A DNA stretch of 64,000 nt, taken from the NCBI RefSeq assembly GCF_963921235.1, contig NC_086097.1, positions 95,172,001 to 95,236,000 of the forward strand, in the 5' to 3' direction. The DNA comes from Mobula hypostoma (lineage: Eukaryota). The position numbers were made by a program, and so were the translations under genes. The notes under the pieces are model-generated. The model searched no databases. It was not told the origin of the DNA and worked only from the letters and a program-made list of their open reading frames with translations. Positions 37,732 through 50,672 of this stretch are shown here, piece by piece. Positions within the stretch are counted from its first letter, which is position 1, and every line of letters starts with the position of its first letter.

Positions 37732-38544
37732 CTCGGACTTCCAGCCAGGTACAAGTATCAATTGTAATTGATATTTCAATGACAATCTCTGCCATCTTCA
37801 TCAGGGATGATACCTGGGCATGTCTCATCCAGTGGTACTTATACCCCTGTCATCCATCCCTCCTGATTGATTAGTCCTCATCCAATCAGGTTTCCACTGT
37901 CCCATCTTGCTTACAATCAAATTACAGTCTTACCTAGAGGAAGACCTTAGTCTTTGTTAAAATTCTTTTTCTCTAGTTTTATTTCTATGGCTTCCTTCAA
38001 CAGGCGGTCCCAAAAGCCATTGGTGTGGCACAGTAGTTACGTGTCGTCGAAGTCAATCGCACGGTGGAAACTCACATCAAGGAGCATAGGAGGTGTATTC
38101 GTTTGGGTTACCTGAAGAAATCAGCAGTAGCAGAACGTTGTATTTGCAATAGCCATAGGATTAACTTCGACGGCACAAAACTACAGTGCCGCGCCAATGG
38201 CTTTTGGGACCGCCTGGTGAAGGAAGCCGTAAAAATAAAACTAGGGAAAAAGCATTTTAACAAAGATTAAAGTCTTGCTCTGAGAAAGAACTGGAATTTG
38301 ATTGTAAACAAAGTGGGACAGCAGAAACCTGATTGGATAAGGACTAACCAATCAGGAGGGACAGGTGATGGGGGTATAAATACTACCAGACTGGACATGT
38401 CCAGGTATCATCCCTGATGAAGATAGCAGAGCTTGTCATTGAAATGTCATTGAAATGTCAGTTAAAATCGATACCTGTACCCGACTGGAAGCACAAGAAG
38501 AGTTTACTTGTCATATGAGCTGGGAAAGCACTAGACCCTTTTTC
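37732..38544 (+). mobile_element. Poseidon/Penelope-type PLE 3' end with a long inverted duplication
   Basis: ORF 38064-38270 contains IKEHRRCIRLG..KSAVAE..HRINFD..RLVKEAVKI (GIY-YIG C-terminal part). 37732-38058 is an inverted copy of ~38158-38500. Flanks ATAGAGGGATATC (37719-37731) and ATAGAGAAATATC (38545-38557). Confidence 0.85.
38329..38382 (+). promoter_or_regulatory. Putative pLTR Pol II promoter: two opposed CCAAT boxes plus a TATA box
   Basis: CCTGATTGG (ATTGG 38332-38336), CCAATCAGG (38348-), GGGGTATAAATA (TATAAA 38375-38380). Confidence 0.5.
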
Positions 38545-41500
38545 ATAGAGAAATATCGTTTACCTGTGGTTGTGCTGGAAAACCTCCAAAGACCGGTATA
38601 TCACTTATTTTGAGTCAGGACTTCCTGTAAAGTTTAGTGACTGATGACCATGAAGCAGCAATTGCAGGGTGGTAAATGACAGTGGGAACAGCGATGTCAC
38701 GAGATGGGCAACTGCTAATAAGGGTGGGAAGAATGACAGCAGTTATTACATCTGGAGAGGGGTGATGATTAAATTAGAGGGTAATTCATTTGCCCAGACT
38801 CCCAAAAATAACTGGCCAAAACAAAATAAACCCCACCTCATGCTGCACTCTACCTCATTTTGTCAATCATATCTCATCCCATGGAGCCTCACTTCCTCTA
38901 GGCAAGCTTGTTTCTAGTTTCCTCACCCAAATCTCTCTCACAATCATTTTGTCAGCAAGTATTTTCTATAATGGTGGGAGGTCACAGGGTAAAGGCGCAA
39001 GGCCCTGTGCCTCTTGCTCAGTGGAAATTCCAGTCCTACATTCAGTGGGTTATACCCAGGGCCAAAGTTATCTGGCAGGACATAGCTTAGACGTCCTGAC
39101 TCACGGCATCTGTTTTTCTTTCCCCAGTGACAGTGCACTATTATTCGATCCTGAAGCACCTTAACCAGATCAGGTAGTAGTGCAATAAGGTTTCCTCATA
39201 ATCTGGTAGGAGGATACAGTTTTCATTCCTTAAGGTAATTAATATGAATATTATTCAGCAGGTGTGAGTCTTTAGTTGTAGTAACTTCGATGCATACTTT
39301 CCAACATTACAACACTAGCCCCATCCAAAAGCCCCCATTCAAGTCTGGCACTCACAGCAACAGAAGCAATTTCTAACTGAACATTTCCTTCACAGATGCA
39401 GAGAAAGACAACTGTCCCAATCCTTTCCCAAACCAGTTCCTCTTGAGAAACATTCATCACCTGTGTGAAATTCCATCTGTGGGCAGAAAGCCAGGAGGCC
39501 AGAGATGGGGTAAACAGCTCTCTTTGCAGTTTGATCAGCGATTTGCAATTTCTATGGTGGATTTTTTTTTACAACAGGCTTGAATGAAGTACCATTCAGA
39601 CAGCATTAATGTCAACTTCCCAGCCACTAGTTTTAATTTCATTCGGTAAGAAATCTGCCACCACCAGCAGTCTACATTGAAGCAGATGATCCACTGACTC
39701 CACCACCTGGAAATAAGATGCTTCTGTTATCAAATTAATTAAAACATCCTCAGTTTTATCTTTTGAAGCAGTCACTGCAGTTATAATGCGGGACATACAA
39801 GACATCATTGGAATTTGCAAAGCAGTCATTGTAAAGTATAATGTATGGGTTGCAGTGGGATTAGATGGCGAATGAGCACGTCATTTACGGCCAGATCAGA
39901 TATCAGATCAGCCACTGCTATAAGCAATGGTTCAGATATCCGTGAGATCATCAACCCCATTAAACAGCAGCTTATGGCACGAAAAGTGATTTTTATTCGT
40001 CATTTTATATATAATATACATACAACACACACCTAAGAATACTGAAAAAGATGATAAGAATTTAAGGTCAGACAGAGTTAATTCCATGTGCAGGGAAACA
40101 GGAGTGAACAGGCATCAGATGACAAATCAGTCAGAGTTGGGTTTGTGCAAACTATGTACTGACTGTGATTTTACCCATTTGCCTCCAATAACACCGGCAC
40201 AGTGCTACTGCTGTAAAGCACTCACAACCTAAGTTCAATCTTAATGTCAGGCGCTGTCTGAGTGAAGTTTGCACGTTCTCTCTGTGATGGATGGATTTCC
40301 TCAAGGTGCTACAGATTCCTCTCAGTCCCAAAGATGTGTTGGTAGGTTAAATAGGCACTGTAAATTGCCACCAGTGAACTGGAGGTGAGTTAGCATGGAC
40401 ACAATAGGTAGAGTGGCTTCCTTCTATGTTATAAGAGAACATGAATGTGATTGCTGTGGTTTGACAATTTTCTACCTGTTCGAGAGCAGGTACTGAGGCA
40501 ACACATGCAAGAGTAGATTGTTCTTTTTGCTTTCTGTGTGCTGTACTTTGAAAATTACAGGCCCTCCCCAACTAATGAAGGCCTGACCTATGTAGAGCCC
40601 ATATGTGCCCTATGAATGACTGTTTTGGAGTAATGTTTCCTTTTTTTTTACAGCTGCCTAGACCAACCATTGCTGTGAGCAGGAAATTTTTACACAGTCT
40701 GAAAACTGTGTGGCACTTTATATTAACATTATATAAAGAAAATCTTGTTGCATGGCAACAAAGGATATGTGCGCGGGAGCATTTCAGGTACGTGTCATTT
40801 CAGCGGCGTGTCCACACAGCTTAGAGGGAACAGTGCTCGGGAGGCCGGTGGTATGCATTTGCCAGCTGCCTTAATATTAGCTGGAACTACCCCACATCAA
40901 ACCCAAGAGGAATACATTCTATTTAACAAGTTTATGACTACTTTGTGAAGCCTACCTAGAGACATACAGCTTGTTATTCATTACAAAACTCTTAATAGCA
41001 TTTAAAATCTTGCATACACCATAATCTTTTAAAAGAATATTATTATTAGCCCAGGATAGTCTTGGGTTAAAAATATGTTAATCAGTTTTATTATTAAGAG
41101 TGACAAAACAGGATTAAAATGCTTCTCCAGATTATCTATTCCTATAGGCCAAGCCACCTGTGCAGGCATCTTCTGCCATGTGCTAGTCTGTTCGCAGCTG
41201 CATTTATGACTTGTGAACTGTTCAGGTTATGAACAGTTCGGAATGGAACCCTGCCTAATGTGGGAATGACCTGTATGTAGAAAGGCGGATTTTAATATCT
41301 ACAGCACTGTTTATGATCCTCTTGGGAAATTCCAAAATGCCTTACTGGCAGTGAATCAGTCTCAAACTATAGTCACTGTTGCAATAGAATCTAACAGGCA
41401 CTAGGGCCTGGATGAGTGTTATCATAAGGTCTTTGTATCATTTCTCTGGCATAACAGGATGTTGATTATGGCAAAATTGTGCTCCAAGCACTCCATCAGG

Positions 41501-42439
41501 AGGTGGATTCCAGTGGAGTTATCTTTCCTTACTCTAACCTTACTTGTCAACTTAGTAACAGACTGCATGTTTTCCAACCTGAGCACTGAAGGAAGTTTAG
41601 TTTGTCTCCCTCTGGGCAATGGGCCAAGGATTTTCCAAGGTCGAATATGTTCTTCTTGAGCTTTACCAAGAGCTTCCAGGGTTGAGAGAATGTGCTAATG
41701 AGGCGGCATGCTCATTCCATATTGGCTGAGCCACGAGACGATTTGCCTGTCCTACAGAGATCTAACTGAAATGGGAAATAATTTTGATCTTGATGGCAAA
41801 GCCTAATCTACGAAGACGTTACCTTCCCCTAGTTTGCCCCGCAGAGGAAGTGTACTCACTACCTTGTTCTAGAAGCTGGTCAGTGATGTCATTGCCATAG
41901 CATCCAAATTCCTAAACGATGACGACAGTGCAATCTTACAGTCTATCACAGCCAGAGTGGTCCATGAGATTCTGCATTTTATACTCAGAGTGGAACTTGC
42001 ATCTGTGTGCCTTCTTTTAATTGCAACTAGCTGTTGTAATCAGCTACTGCACAGGCTTTGACAAAATAAGCTCTTGGTTCGGTGGCAAGGGAGCCAAAAC
42101 CACTGGAGACCGAGTCTGCAGCATAGACATTACTATCAACACACATGGACTCGTGAAACAACAAAGTGAAGGTCAAGGTACAAAGCAAGGTAAAGGAAGC
42201 AACTATTACCTTCAGATCAGAATAGGTCATCCACCATTGAGCTCGGCCAAAAGCTGACAGGGCTTCTGGTGACTGAGAATGACAGCCCAATTCAGCAATA
42301 ACAACATTCAACTGCAACATGACTTTGACCCATTTGACTTCCTGTCATTTGAAGTAATGGCTAATATTCCTTTAGCCCTTAGAATTACATTGTCATGGTA
42401 AGAACAGAGGAAGTATATACAAGTATAAACTTAAAGAAC

Positions 42440-43197
42440 ATCTTTTTCCTTGGTAAAGGATCTACAACCTTTATTATCTCTATTTTTTTCCCTTTCAGGG
42501 TTCTTTTGAAGACCCTGACCTGGAGTTACACGCTGACTACGGTTCTGTACGGGAATGGGACCCGCTCTCAGTGTTACTCTGCACGCCAAGGGCTCGGCCT
42601 AAGAGCTCACTTCGCCTTCAGAGGGCCGAGATCTCGTGGCTCTGGAGACAGGCGATCAAAGGTCGGTGTCCGGGCACGAGACCGGTGTGTCATGGGAGAT
42701 GAAAGATCTAAGGCTGTGTGCCCAGGGACCCAAGATCTTTGAGCACAGAGCTTGAAAAAAGCGACGCAACGGACTTTTAACATCATAAACCATTAAGTTG
42801 TTTGTTATGTCTCCCCTCTCGCTGTGAAACGGAGACACCTCTTTCTCCCTTATTAGGGAGAGAGAGAGCCCGTGGTATGTTGAATACCAGGTGAATGTGT
42901 AGTCTTTGGAGTACTGCAAGTCTGTGTCTTTGCTGTTGCTTTCGCTCATGCTTGAGTGATTGGACATGGGTGCCCATGCTTTTTTTTGCCAGTGGGGAAA
43001 GGGGAAATCATTGCTTGCTGCTGCTTACACATGGGAGGGAGGAGAGCTGGGGGGGGGACTTTGGGGTTCTATCATTTAACTGTCATTCATTTTTTGTGGG
43101 CACTCCTCTGTTTTTCGTGGATGGTAGCGAAGAAAAAGCATTTCAGGATGTACAGTATATTGTATACATTTCTCTGACATTAAACGTACCTTTGAAA
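42440..43197 (+). mobile_element. Unclassified non-autonomous retroelement with a Rex1-like tail
   Basis: The 3' end GCATTTCAGGATGTA..TGTATACATTTCTCTGACATTAAACGTACCTTTGAAA recurs in reverse at 23510-23570. Confidence 0.45.
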
Positions 43198-43669
43198 TTA
43201 AGGTGCTCAGATGATCATGAGCACTGTGCACCAGTGTGGAAATGAGACTGCTAAGCATCCATGCTGTTGGGTCATCTGGATCAAGAGTATTAACGGCTCT
43301 AGTGCACATGAACAACCGAAGGGTTCCCTGTGCTGAGTCATGTTTCTACAGTTTGGCAGAAATGGCCCTGCTAAGGGACTGACCCATAAAGCAAGTGAAA
43401 ATCAAGGCACAAAGGAAGCATCCATACCTTCAGATGACAATAAATCATCCACCACTGAGCCTGGCCTAAAGTTGGCAGCTTGTCTTTGACCAATCCTGGT
43501 TGTAATTTGGTTTGTCAGAATGACCTGCAAAAGACAATAACTCTGTTATTACAGGGGAATGGTGTACCTCACTTTATCTGCCTCTCCAATCAACCTATCA
43601 AATCTACACAGTCTTTAGCTATGGTTGCTTTTCCCAAATGTATGCATAACAAGCCAAGCAATAGCTTTA

Positions 43670-44140
43670 GAGTTATAGAGCTATACAGAAAGGAAATAGG
43701 CCCTACAGCCCAACTCATTGACGGTGATCTGGATGTGTGCCTGAGTCATTTCCACATCTATATTTGGCCCACATCTTTCTAAACATTTCTTAGCCATGTA
43801 CCTGTCCAAATGTCTTTTAAACATTGTAAATGCACTTATTCTGTTATGTTGTTCCACTCTCAACACCCTCTGTGTGAAAAAATAGACCCCTTACGTCCCC
43901 ATTACATTGTTTGCCTCTTACACTTAAAACTGTGTGGTTTCCAGTTTTATACCCTGCTATCTCAGAAAGAAAACAGTGACAATCCATTTATCTATGCCTC
44001 TCATGGTTGATTTTATAGATATCTATAAGGTCATCACTCAGGGATGGTCTCCGTACAACCCAAAACCCTCCAGTCCCAGCAGCATTCTTGTGAATCTTTT
44101 CCACACCCTCTCTAACTTCATCCATCCTTCCTGTAGTACT
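43670..44140 (-). mobile_element. Degenerate CR1 LINE 3' fragment
   Basis: Minus strand encodes FKRHLDRYM and DLIDIYKI, similar to the CR1 C-terminus. Confidence 0.65.
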
Positions 44141-44149
44141 ACACACAAT

Positions 44150-44867
44150 AGTGTACCGGGCCGCAAAGCATGTGCTACCGGGCCATGAGGAAACGATATG
44201 AGTCAGCTGCACCTTTCCTCACTCCCTGTCACGCACTGTTGAACTTGAACAGAGGGTTGCCAACTATCCAGTATTTGCTGGGACATCCCATATACTGGGC
44301 TAAATTGGTTTGTCCTGTATTTCCCCTGCTAAGGTAGAGCGTTCCTATGAAACCTTTCGTGCCGAAATGGCGTGAAGCGAAGAAGCAATTACCATTAATT
44401 TATATGGGAAAAATTTTTGAGCGTCCCCAGACCCAAAAAATAACCTAACAAATCATACCAAATAACAAATAAAACCTAAAATAAGTAACACTAACATATA
44501 GTAAAAGCAGGAATGATATGATAAATACACAGCCTATATAAAGTAGAAATAATGTTATGTACAGTGTAGTCAGGAAGATGAAGGCAAAACCGATTTGCAG
44601 GGAAAAAATTGGCATGTACGCGCATGCGCACAAAGGTGCCCGCGCAAGGCTTCATGGTCCTGGGGTAAAGTGTCCCAGGATTTGACTGCTACTTTTGTCT
44701 TTTATTTGGGAGTGAGAAAGTTGGCAACCCTAACTGTAAAAGACATGTTGAGGTGATTTTAACCCTACTTGAACACCACCCCCCTCTAACCCCCCCGGTT
44801 GACCGGTCCGCAAGAATATTGTCAATATTAAACCGGTCCGTGGTGCAAAAAAGGTTGGGGATCCCTG
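44150..44867. mobile_element. hAT Charlie/MER1-like non-autonomous element with a nested hAT (~44253-44731)
   Basis: End ACCGGTCCGTGGTGCAAAAAAGGTTGGGGATCCCTG. Internal TIR pair AGGGTTGCCAACT / AGTTGGCAACCCT. Confidence 0.65.
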
Positions 44868-46481
44868 CCATAGACCAATCCCCAAAAACATAAATCATGC
44901 GAACAACAGAAGCAAGCAACAACAGCAGCGTTCCGAACCAAATGGAGTCCTTGGAACCAAATCCCCGAGGCAGCCCAGAGATGGCCAAAGCCTCGGTATT
45001 TGGTTCATCATATTAGTGGGGTAAATTGCTGCAAGGTTTGCAGACAGAAAGCACAGCAGCTGGGGGCATTCTCACAGCCTCAGCGTTGCGGAGAGAGGAG
45101 CCCCCAGACTATCTCGGCCAGCGTTTAAATTATCCCAACCTTACACTAGGTCCTGGCCCTGCCACGGTGAATCACCCTGGGTCTGGATTTCGCTACCCGA
45201 TAAATCATTCTTTACCTCTCCAAATTGGCTCAACATCCAGAGTAATCTAACCTCACCCGACACTCTGACTTCCAGTATATCTGGGCCGGCATTTAGATCG
45301 ACCAAATAGCAGACTGTGTCTCACATTAGGACCTGGGCCTTGCTGCAGCGAATCACTCTGAGCCTAGTACACACTGCCCAGCAATTTGGCTCAGACCTGG
45401 ATTTCACTTCCGAAGAAGCCATCCTTGACCTCTCCAAATCAGCTTGGTGCTTAGAGCAATCTACCCTCACACCTGGGCCAGCTGGGTGGGCATCCGAACT
45501 CCTCTGAACCGTCTTCTCCCCCCGAATAGTTCACTCCAACCAGCATGCCTCCAACTTCAAGTGCATTGATTTTGCAGCACACCAGCAGGGTGCATTTGTG
45601 AACTTGCTTTGCTTTTGTTTGCCTCTTCATTGTTTGTGGTGATAGTTTACCACAATTTACTTTTTAAAAATTGTTATTAATAATGTTTTTAATCAAATTC
45701 CTTTGCTTTTGAACTACCAGTAAGCTATCACACGTCTTCAGTAGTGCCATCTTAAACCAGAAGTAAATACAGATGAGAAGACTGATGCCATTCTTCCTGC
45801 TACAAGACCTCCTTTGTTACAGTCTGGCATGATGGTCTCACCCACAAAGGGCTCTGCGATACAAGGCAAACAACAGGTAGGCTGATCAGTGCAAGTAGCG
45901 TTTTTCAAGCACTCTCTCTACTGACGGAAAGAGGAATGATGTTGCTCAGAAATGGAGCTGAGATATTTGGTGGAAGAGTTCCTGTGAAGATGTGCATTGT
46001 CAATCTGAGCTGGATATCCATGTGCTTGATATGTGCTGAACAACTCCATACCAGCGCACGATGCTTTGCATATAAGACAGCCAGGGCTTTCACTGCAAGA
46101 AGGATGGCAGTTTGCTACAAAAGTTCTTACACTTCTGCAAATTATTTATTGTGACTACCGATCACAGAGAGATTTAATCACACAACAAAACTGCATGTAC
46201 CTCCTCTTCCAGCTCATGAAATTCATGATAGTCAAGGTGTTGGTTTCAGGGAACAAAATACTTTACTAATTCAGAAATGAGATGTCAGCATCAATCCCTA
46301 CCAGGTGAGTAATTTGTCAGTCTTCACATCAACAATCCCAGGAAAGTCACACTATGGACAGAGTGGAAAACTTTCTAGATACACCCAAGCCAGACAGAAA
46401 AAAAACAGGCAAATGCAAATTAACCCTCCTCTGTTGCATCATGACAATTGCAATAAACCAAGTTTGAGATTAAAATTTGGT

Positions 46482-46745
46482 CACCATGGTAGTGTAGCGG
46501 TTAGCGCTATGCTGTCACAGCCTGGGGCATCAGAGTTTGGAGTTCAATCCAGCGGCCTCTGTAAGGAGTTTATTTGTCCTTTCCATGGAATGCATGGGCT
46601 TTCTCTGGATGCTCCGGTTTCCTCCCACAGTCCAAAGTCGTGCAGGTTAGCACGTTAATTGTCCCACAATTAGGTTAGGTTTAAATCCGGAGCTGCTTGG
46701 CAGCACGACTTGAAGGGCTGCTGTATCTCTAAATAAAATAAAATA
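46482..46745 (+). mobile_element. V-SINE-like element, same subfamily as 10203-10490
   Basis: GGTAGTGTAGCGGTTAGC (A box), GAGTTCAATCC (B box), GCTCCGGTTTCCTCCCACAGTCCAAAG, A-rich tail. Confidence 0.75.
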
Positions 46746-47631
46746 ATTTATATTCCCTCTACACTATTTGGTCAGGGTAGATACAACCACTCAATATGAA
46801 ATAGAGAATCTGTATATTCTGTCATCGGTTCCTCAATCATTAAAAGTTAGAAAAACAAAGCTAAACGGTTGTTCCATTTCTCCCATGAGCACCCCAGGGT
46901 CCTTGATTAAAATATCAAACTTAGACAATTTCACCCTTGTAGATCTCCAGTCATCAGGAACCAATCTGAGAATATCCAATTTTATTTTGTACCAATTTGT
47001 GGTACACCAACAACTTGCATTTATATGGCATCTTTAATGTAATAGGATAGCTCAGGCACTCTACAAGATTATTCATAAAAAATGAGAAGACATTAGAAAG
47101 TGGAAGCACCTTGCTCGGAGGTTTTATCACACATTACAGAACTTCTACTAAGTGCTAATTACAGGGAATTAAGAGAAATGAAAATTCTCTTTGCATGCAA
47201 TCAAACAAATATGTTAGGCACAGACTCACTGGAACCACATTGCGCAGCTGAATAGTGATCACTCAAAGCCTGAAATTATCAGCGTCAAAACAAGAGGAAG
47301 GGTGGAAGCAGTGTGGGTTTAAAAATGGGGCGCATATGTGACCACAACACATGCAGCCAACAGCAAGAAATCCAGCCAGTGTGCTCAGCTGTTTCCACAT
47401 CACGGCTCAATGTGCTTCTCAAAATATAGCAAACAAGATGTCTTTGCCCAGGGTTTGCTTTCTGGTGAGGGGTTTACTCCTAATCTTTAAACATTATATA
47501 CTCCATACAGCAATAACAAAAAGTATTTAACATCATTAACATAGCAAGGTACCCCCAGCACTGAACAGGAAAGTTACCAAAAAAACTTGATGCCACAGCA
47601 CAGGAAATGAAATGACAGATGAGCTTTATAC

Positions 47632-48357
47632 CTCCTCTCTCACCACTATTCAGGGCCCCAAACAGTCCTTCCAGGTGAGGCAACACTTCACTTGTGAGTC
47701 TGTTGGGGTCATCTATTGCATCCGGTGCTCCCAGTGCAGCCTCCTCTACATCGGTGAAACCTGACGCAGATTGGGGGACCACTTCGTCGAGCACCTCCAC
47801 TCCGTCCGCCACAACAGACAGGATCTCCCGGTTCCCACCCACTGCAACTCTGCTTCACATTCCCATTTGGATATGTCCATACACGGCCTCCTCTACTGCC
47901 ACGATGAGGCCAAACTCAGGTTGGAAGAGCAACATCTCATATACCGTCTGGGTAGTCTCCAGCCCCTGGGCATGAACATTGAATTCTCCAACTTCCAGTA
48001 ATTCCCTCCCCCTCCCTTCCCCCATCCCAGTTTCACTCTGCCCCCTCCCCCAGCTGCCTATCACCTCCCTCATGGTTCCACCTCCTTCTACTACTCATTG
48101 TGTTTTCCCCACTCCTTCTTCATCTTTCCTGCCTATCACCTCCCTGCTTCCCCTCCCCCACCCCTTTATCTTTCCCCTTACTGGTTTTTCACCTGGAACC
48201 TACCAGCCTTCTCCTTCCCACCCTCCCCCCACCTTCTTTATAGGGCCCCTGTCCCCTCCCTCTTCAGTCCTGACGAAGGGTTCTGGCCCGAAACATTGAC
48301 TGATCGTTTCCGCAGATGCTGCCCGACCTGCTGAGTTCCTCCAGCGTGTTGTGAGTG
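47632..48357 (+). mobile_element. PLE family B 3' fragment (GIY-YIG end plus pLTR)
   Basis: Near-identical to the reverse complement of 28310-29025. Perfect 11-bp TSD GAGCTTTATAC at 47621-47631 and 48358-48368. Confidence 0.92.
48265..48302 (+). ncRNA. Minimal type I hammerhead ribozyme motif, variant GAAACATT
   Basis: CAGTC-CTGACGA-AGGGTTCTGGCCC-GAAA-CATT-GACTG. Confidence 0.65.
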
Positions 48358-49879
48358 GAGCTTTATACAAAGAAGGTTTTAAGGATCATCTTAAAAGGAA
48401 GAGAAATATAAAGAGCAGACATTGAGAAAGAAGGTGGTCTGCAAATGTAATCAAGGAACACCAAGTGGCCAGAACTAGATAGACAGCAGAATCTCAGAGG
48501 ATCGCAGGGCAGTGGAGATTACAAAGTGGGAGGGATAAAGTGAGTAGGATCTGAAAATTAGGATCAAGGTTTTGAATCTGAAGCATTGCTTAACCTTAAC
48601 TCAAACTAGGTCAGCCAAGGGTGTATAAAACTGGCTCAAATTAGATATGGATAGCAGAATTTTCAAAAGCACTGCTATTTGTCCTCTGTTTAATGCAAAC
48701 TCAGCAAAGTCCATACTGAATCTCTCTGCCACTGTGCATCATCAAGGACAAAGATGTACAGGTGGGGTTGGGGGTGACGGGAAAGAGAAACAGGCTGAGG
48801 TGGAAGTGAAAAAGGCTGGGAAAGTGGGACAGAGAGACAGGAGGGGTCAGAAAGAGAAGACAACAGTTGGTGGAAGAGATGCAGGCAGGTAGGGGTGGTG
48901 AGGGATGAATGGGAGCAGACAGACATGGGAGGGGAAGGCAGGTAGGGCTGGTGGGGAAAGGCAGAAAAGTGAAGGGGGAGTTGATGGGGGAAAACAGGGA
49001 GTGAGGAAGTCCAGTAAAAGGATTTAGTAGATGGATCCACCGTGTAACGGGAGCTGGAGCTAGGTTTAGAGTTGCAGCTTCCATTGCCTGGGTTTATTGG
49101 AAGCTGCTCCAGCCACCACACAGCTTGAGGCCTTGTCTGCTGAAGGCATAGCCTAACTTTGCACAAAAACCTCCGCCACACTTTAGATTATTTGCCTACA
49201 AGTAGCACATTGGGTGTAAAATGTTTTTCATATCCCACTGTCACAAAAGCTGCGATTAAAATGCCAGTTCCTTTTTTCTTTATTTTTAATCAAAAGACAC
49301 AAACAACTTGTGAGGGTTTGGGGAGTCTGTGTCTATTTTTGCTGGTGCGTATGACTTTAAAAAGCTGATGAATTATCTGACAAAGCTTGTTTGGAAATGT
49401 ATGTGAGTAACTGCAGGCTTTGGTCTGGTTACATCAGATAAGGTGGGTTTCAGACACTGCTTGTTTCCATTTATTTAATCCACTGTCAGAAAGAGATTTA
49501 CTGGTGTTCAACCCCACATGGTTACAGGGCAAGAGCTCTGCTGGGCCACCTGCTTGCTCCGTTCACTTCAGAAATGACACATTTCAGCTTCTTCCTGTCT
49601 GGTGCTGTTGACCTGTTCATGCCTCTACGCTATCTCTGCTGCATCTACAGTCAACACTGAGTAAGAACAGACCATTTACAGTACTCCTATCAGATACACT
49701 ACAGTTCACGTGTATGCCTCATTGCCAGCCACTCAGTCTCCATAGTACACAAGGAGTATAAAAGGAACAATTTTGTCCTGTATCAGCCACATGTAACTTA
49801 GAGTAGCATCTGCATACCTACAGAACACAGAATAAAATACAGTACAGCCTTTCCTGTCTGATGCTGTACAGGTCATATA

Positions 49880-50240
49880 GCTAGACAGAAGGGAACTGGT
49901 CCTTCAGCTCACAACATCACTCCTGACCATCAAGCAGTGATTCTACACAGATTCTACCACCCACCTACGCACCAGGGACAATTTATAATGGAGTGGCCAA
50001 TTATTCCATCAACCTGCATGTCTTTCCGAAGTGGGAAGAAGCTGGAGTAATTGGAGGAAACTAGAGCAGCTGAAGGAAACCCACAGGGAGAAAGAGAAAG
50101 CGGCACACAGACAGTGCCCGAGCCAGGATCGAACTGGGCTCCCTGGTGCTGTGAGGCAACAGCTTTACACAGGTCACAACAGGGGTCAGAGTAGGAGCTA
50201 GGTCACTGGAACAGTAAGGCAGCAGCTCCACCCACTGTGG
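49880..50240 (-). mobile_element. V-SINE-like element with an extra duplicated head
   Basis: CACACAGACAGTGCCCGAGCCAGGATCGAACTGGGCTCCCTGGTGCTGTGAGGCAAC, followed by a second similar head at 50180-50240. Confidence 0.55.
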
Positions 50241-50672
50241 TATTGTGTCACATTCGTGCACATCTCAAAAGCTGGCTGCTATATAGCCACATACCAAGTA
50301 AAACCTGGTTACGACCCCAGTGTCATGCGTGTATCATACAAAGGGTAGAAGGGGACATTACAGCCTCATCTGGTTCTGCGCAGCCCGCATCTGTCTCAGA
50401 ATCGGCACCTGCCTATCCTATCCTGCATCACCTGACACCTTCCACCATGTCCAACAATACAGCCATCTCAGCCTTGTGTACATTCAGTGACCAAGCATCC
50501 ACAAGTTCACTACCTTCTGTCTAGATATTTCTCATCTTACTCCTAAATCGCTGAAACTGGGGACCCTGCTCAAAATTCAAAATTGACGACTTTTCATGTC
50601 ATTTCCAGTACACAAGTGTAAAGGATCCGATGCAGCACAAAAACACACTAAAGAACACAATGAATACAAATA

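Noticed and set aside
45905..46093. Possible minus-strand exon after a strong acceptor (CCATCCTTCTTGCAG)
   Set aside because: No frame resembles a known protein and I could link no partner exons. Needs RNA-seq or BLASTX.
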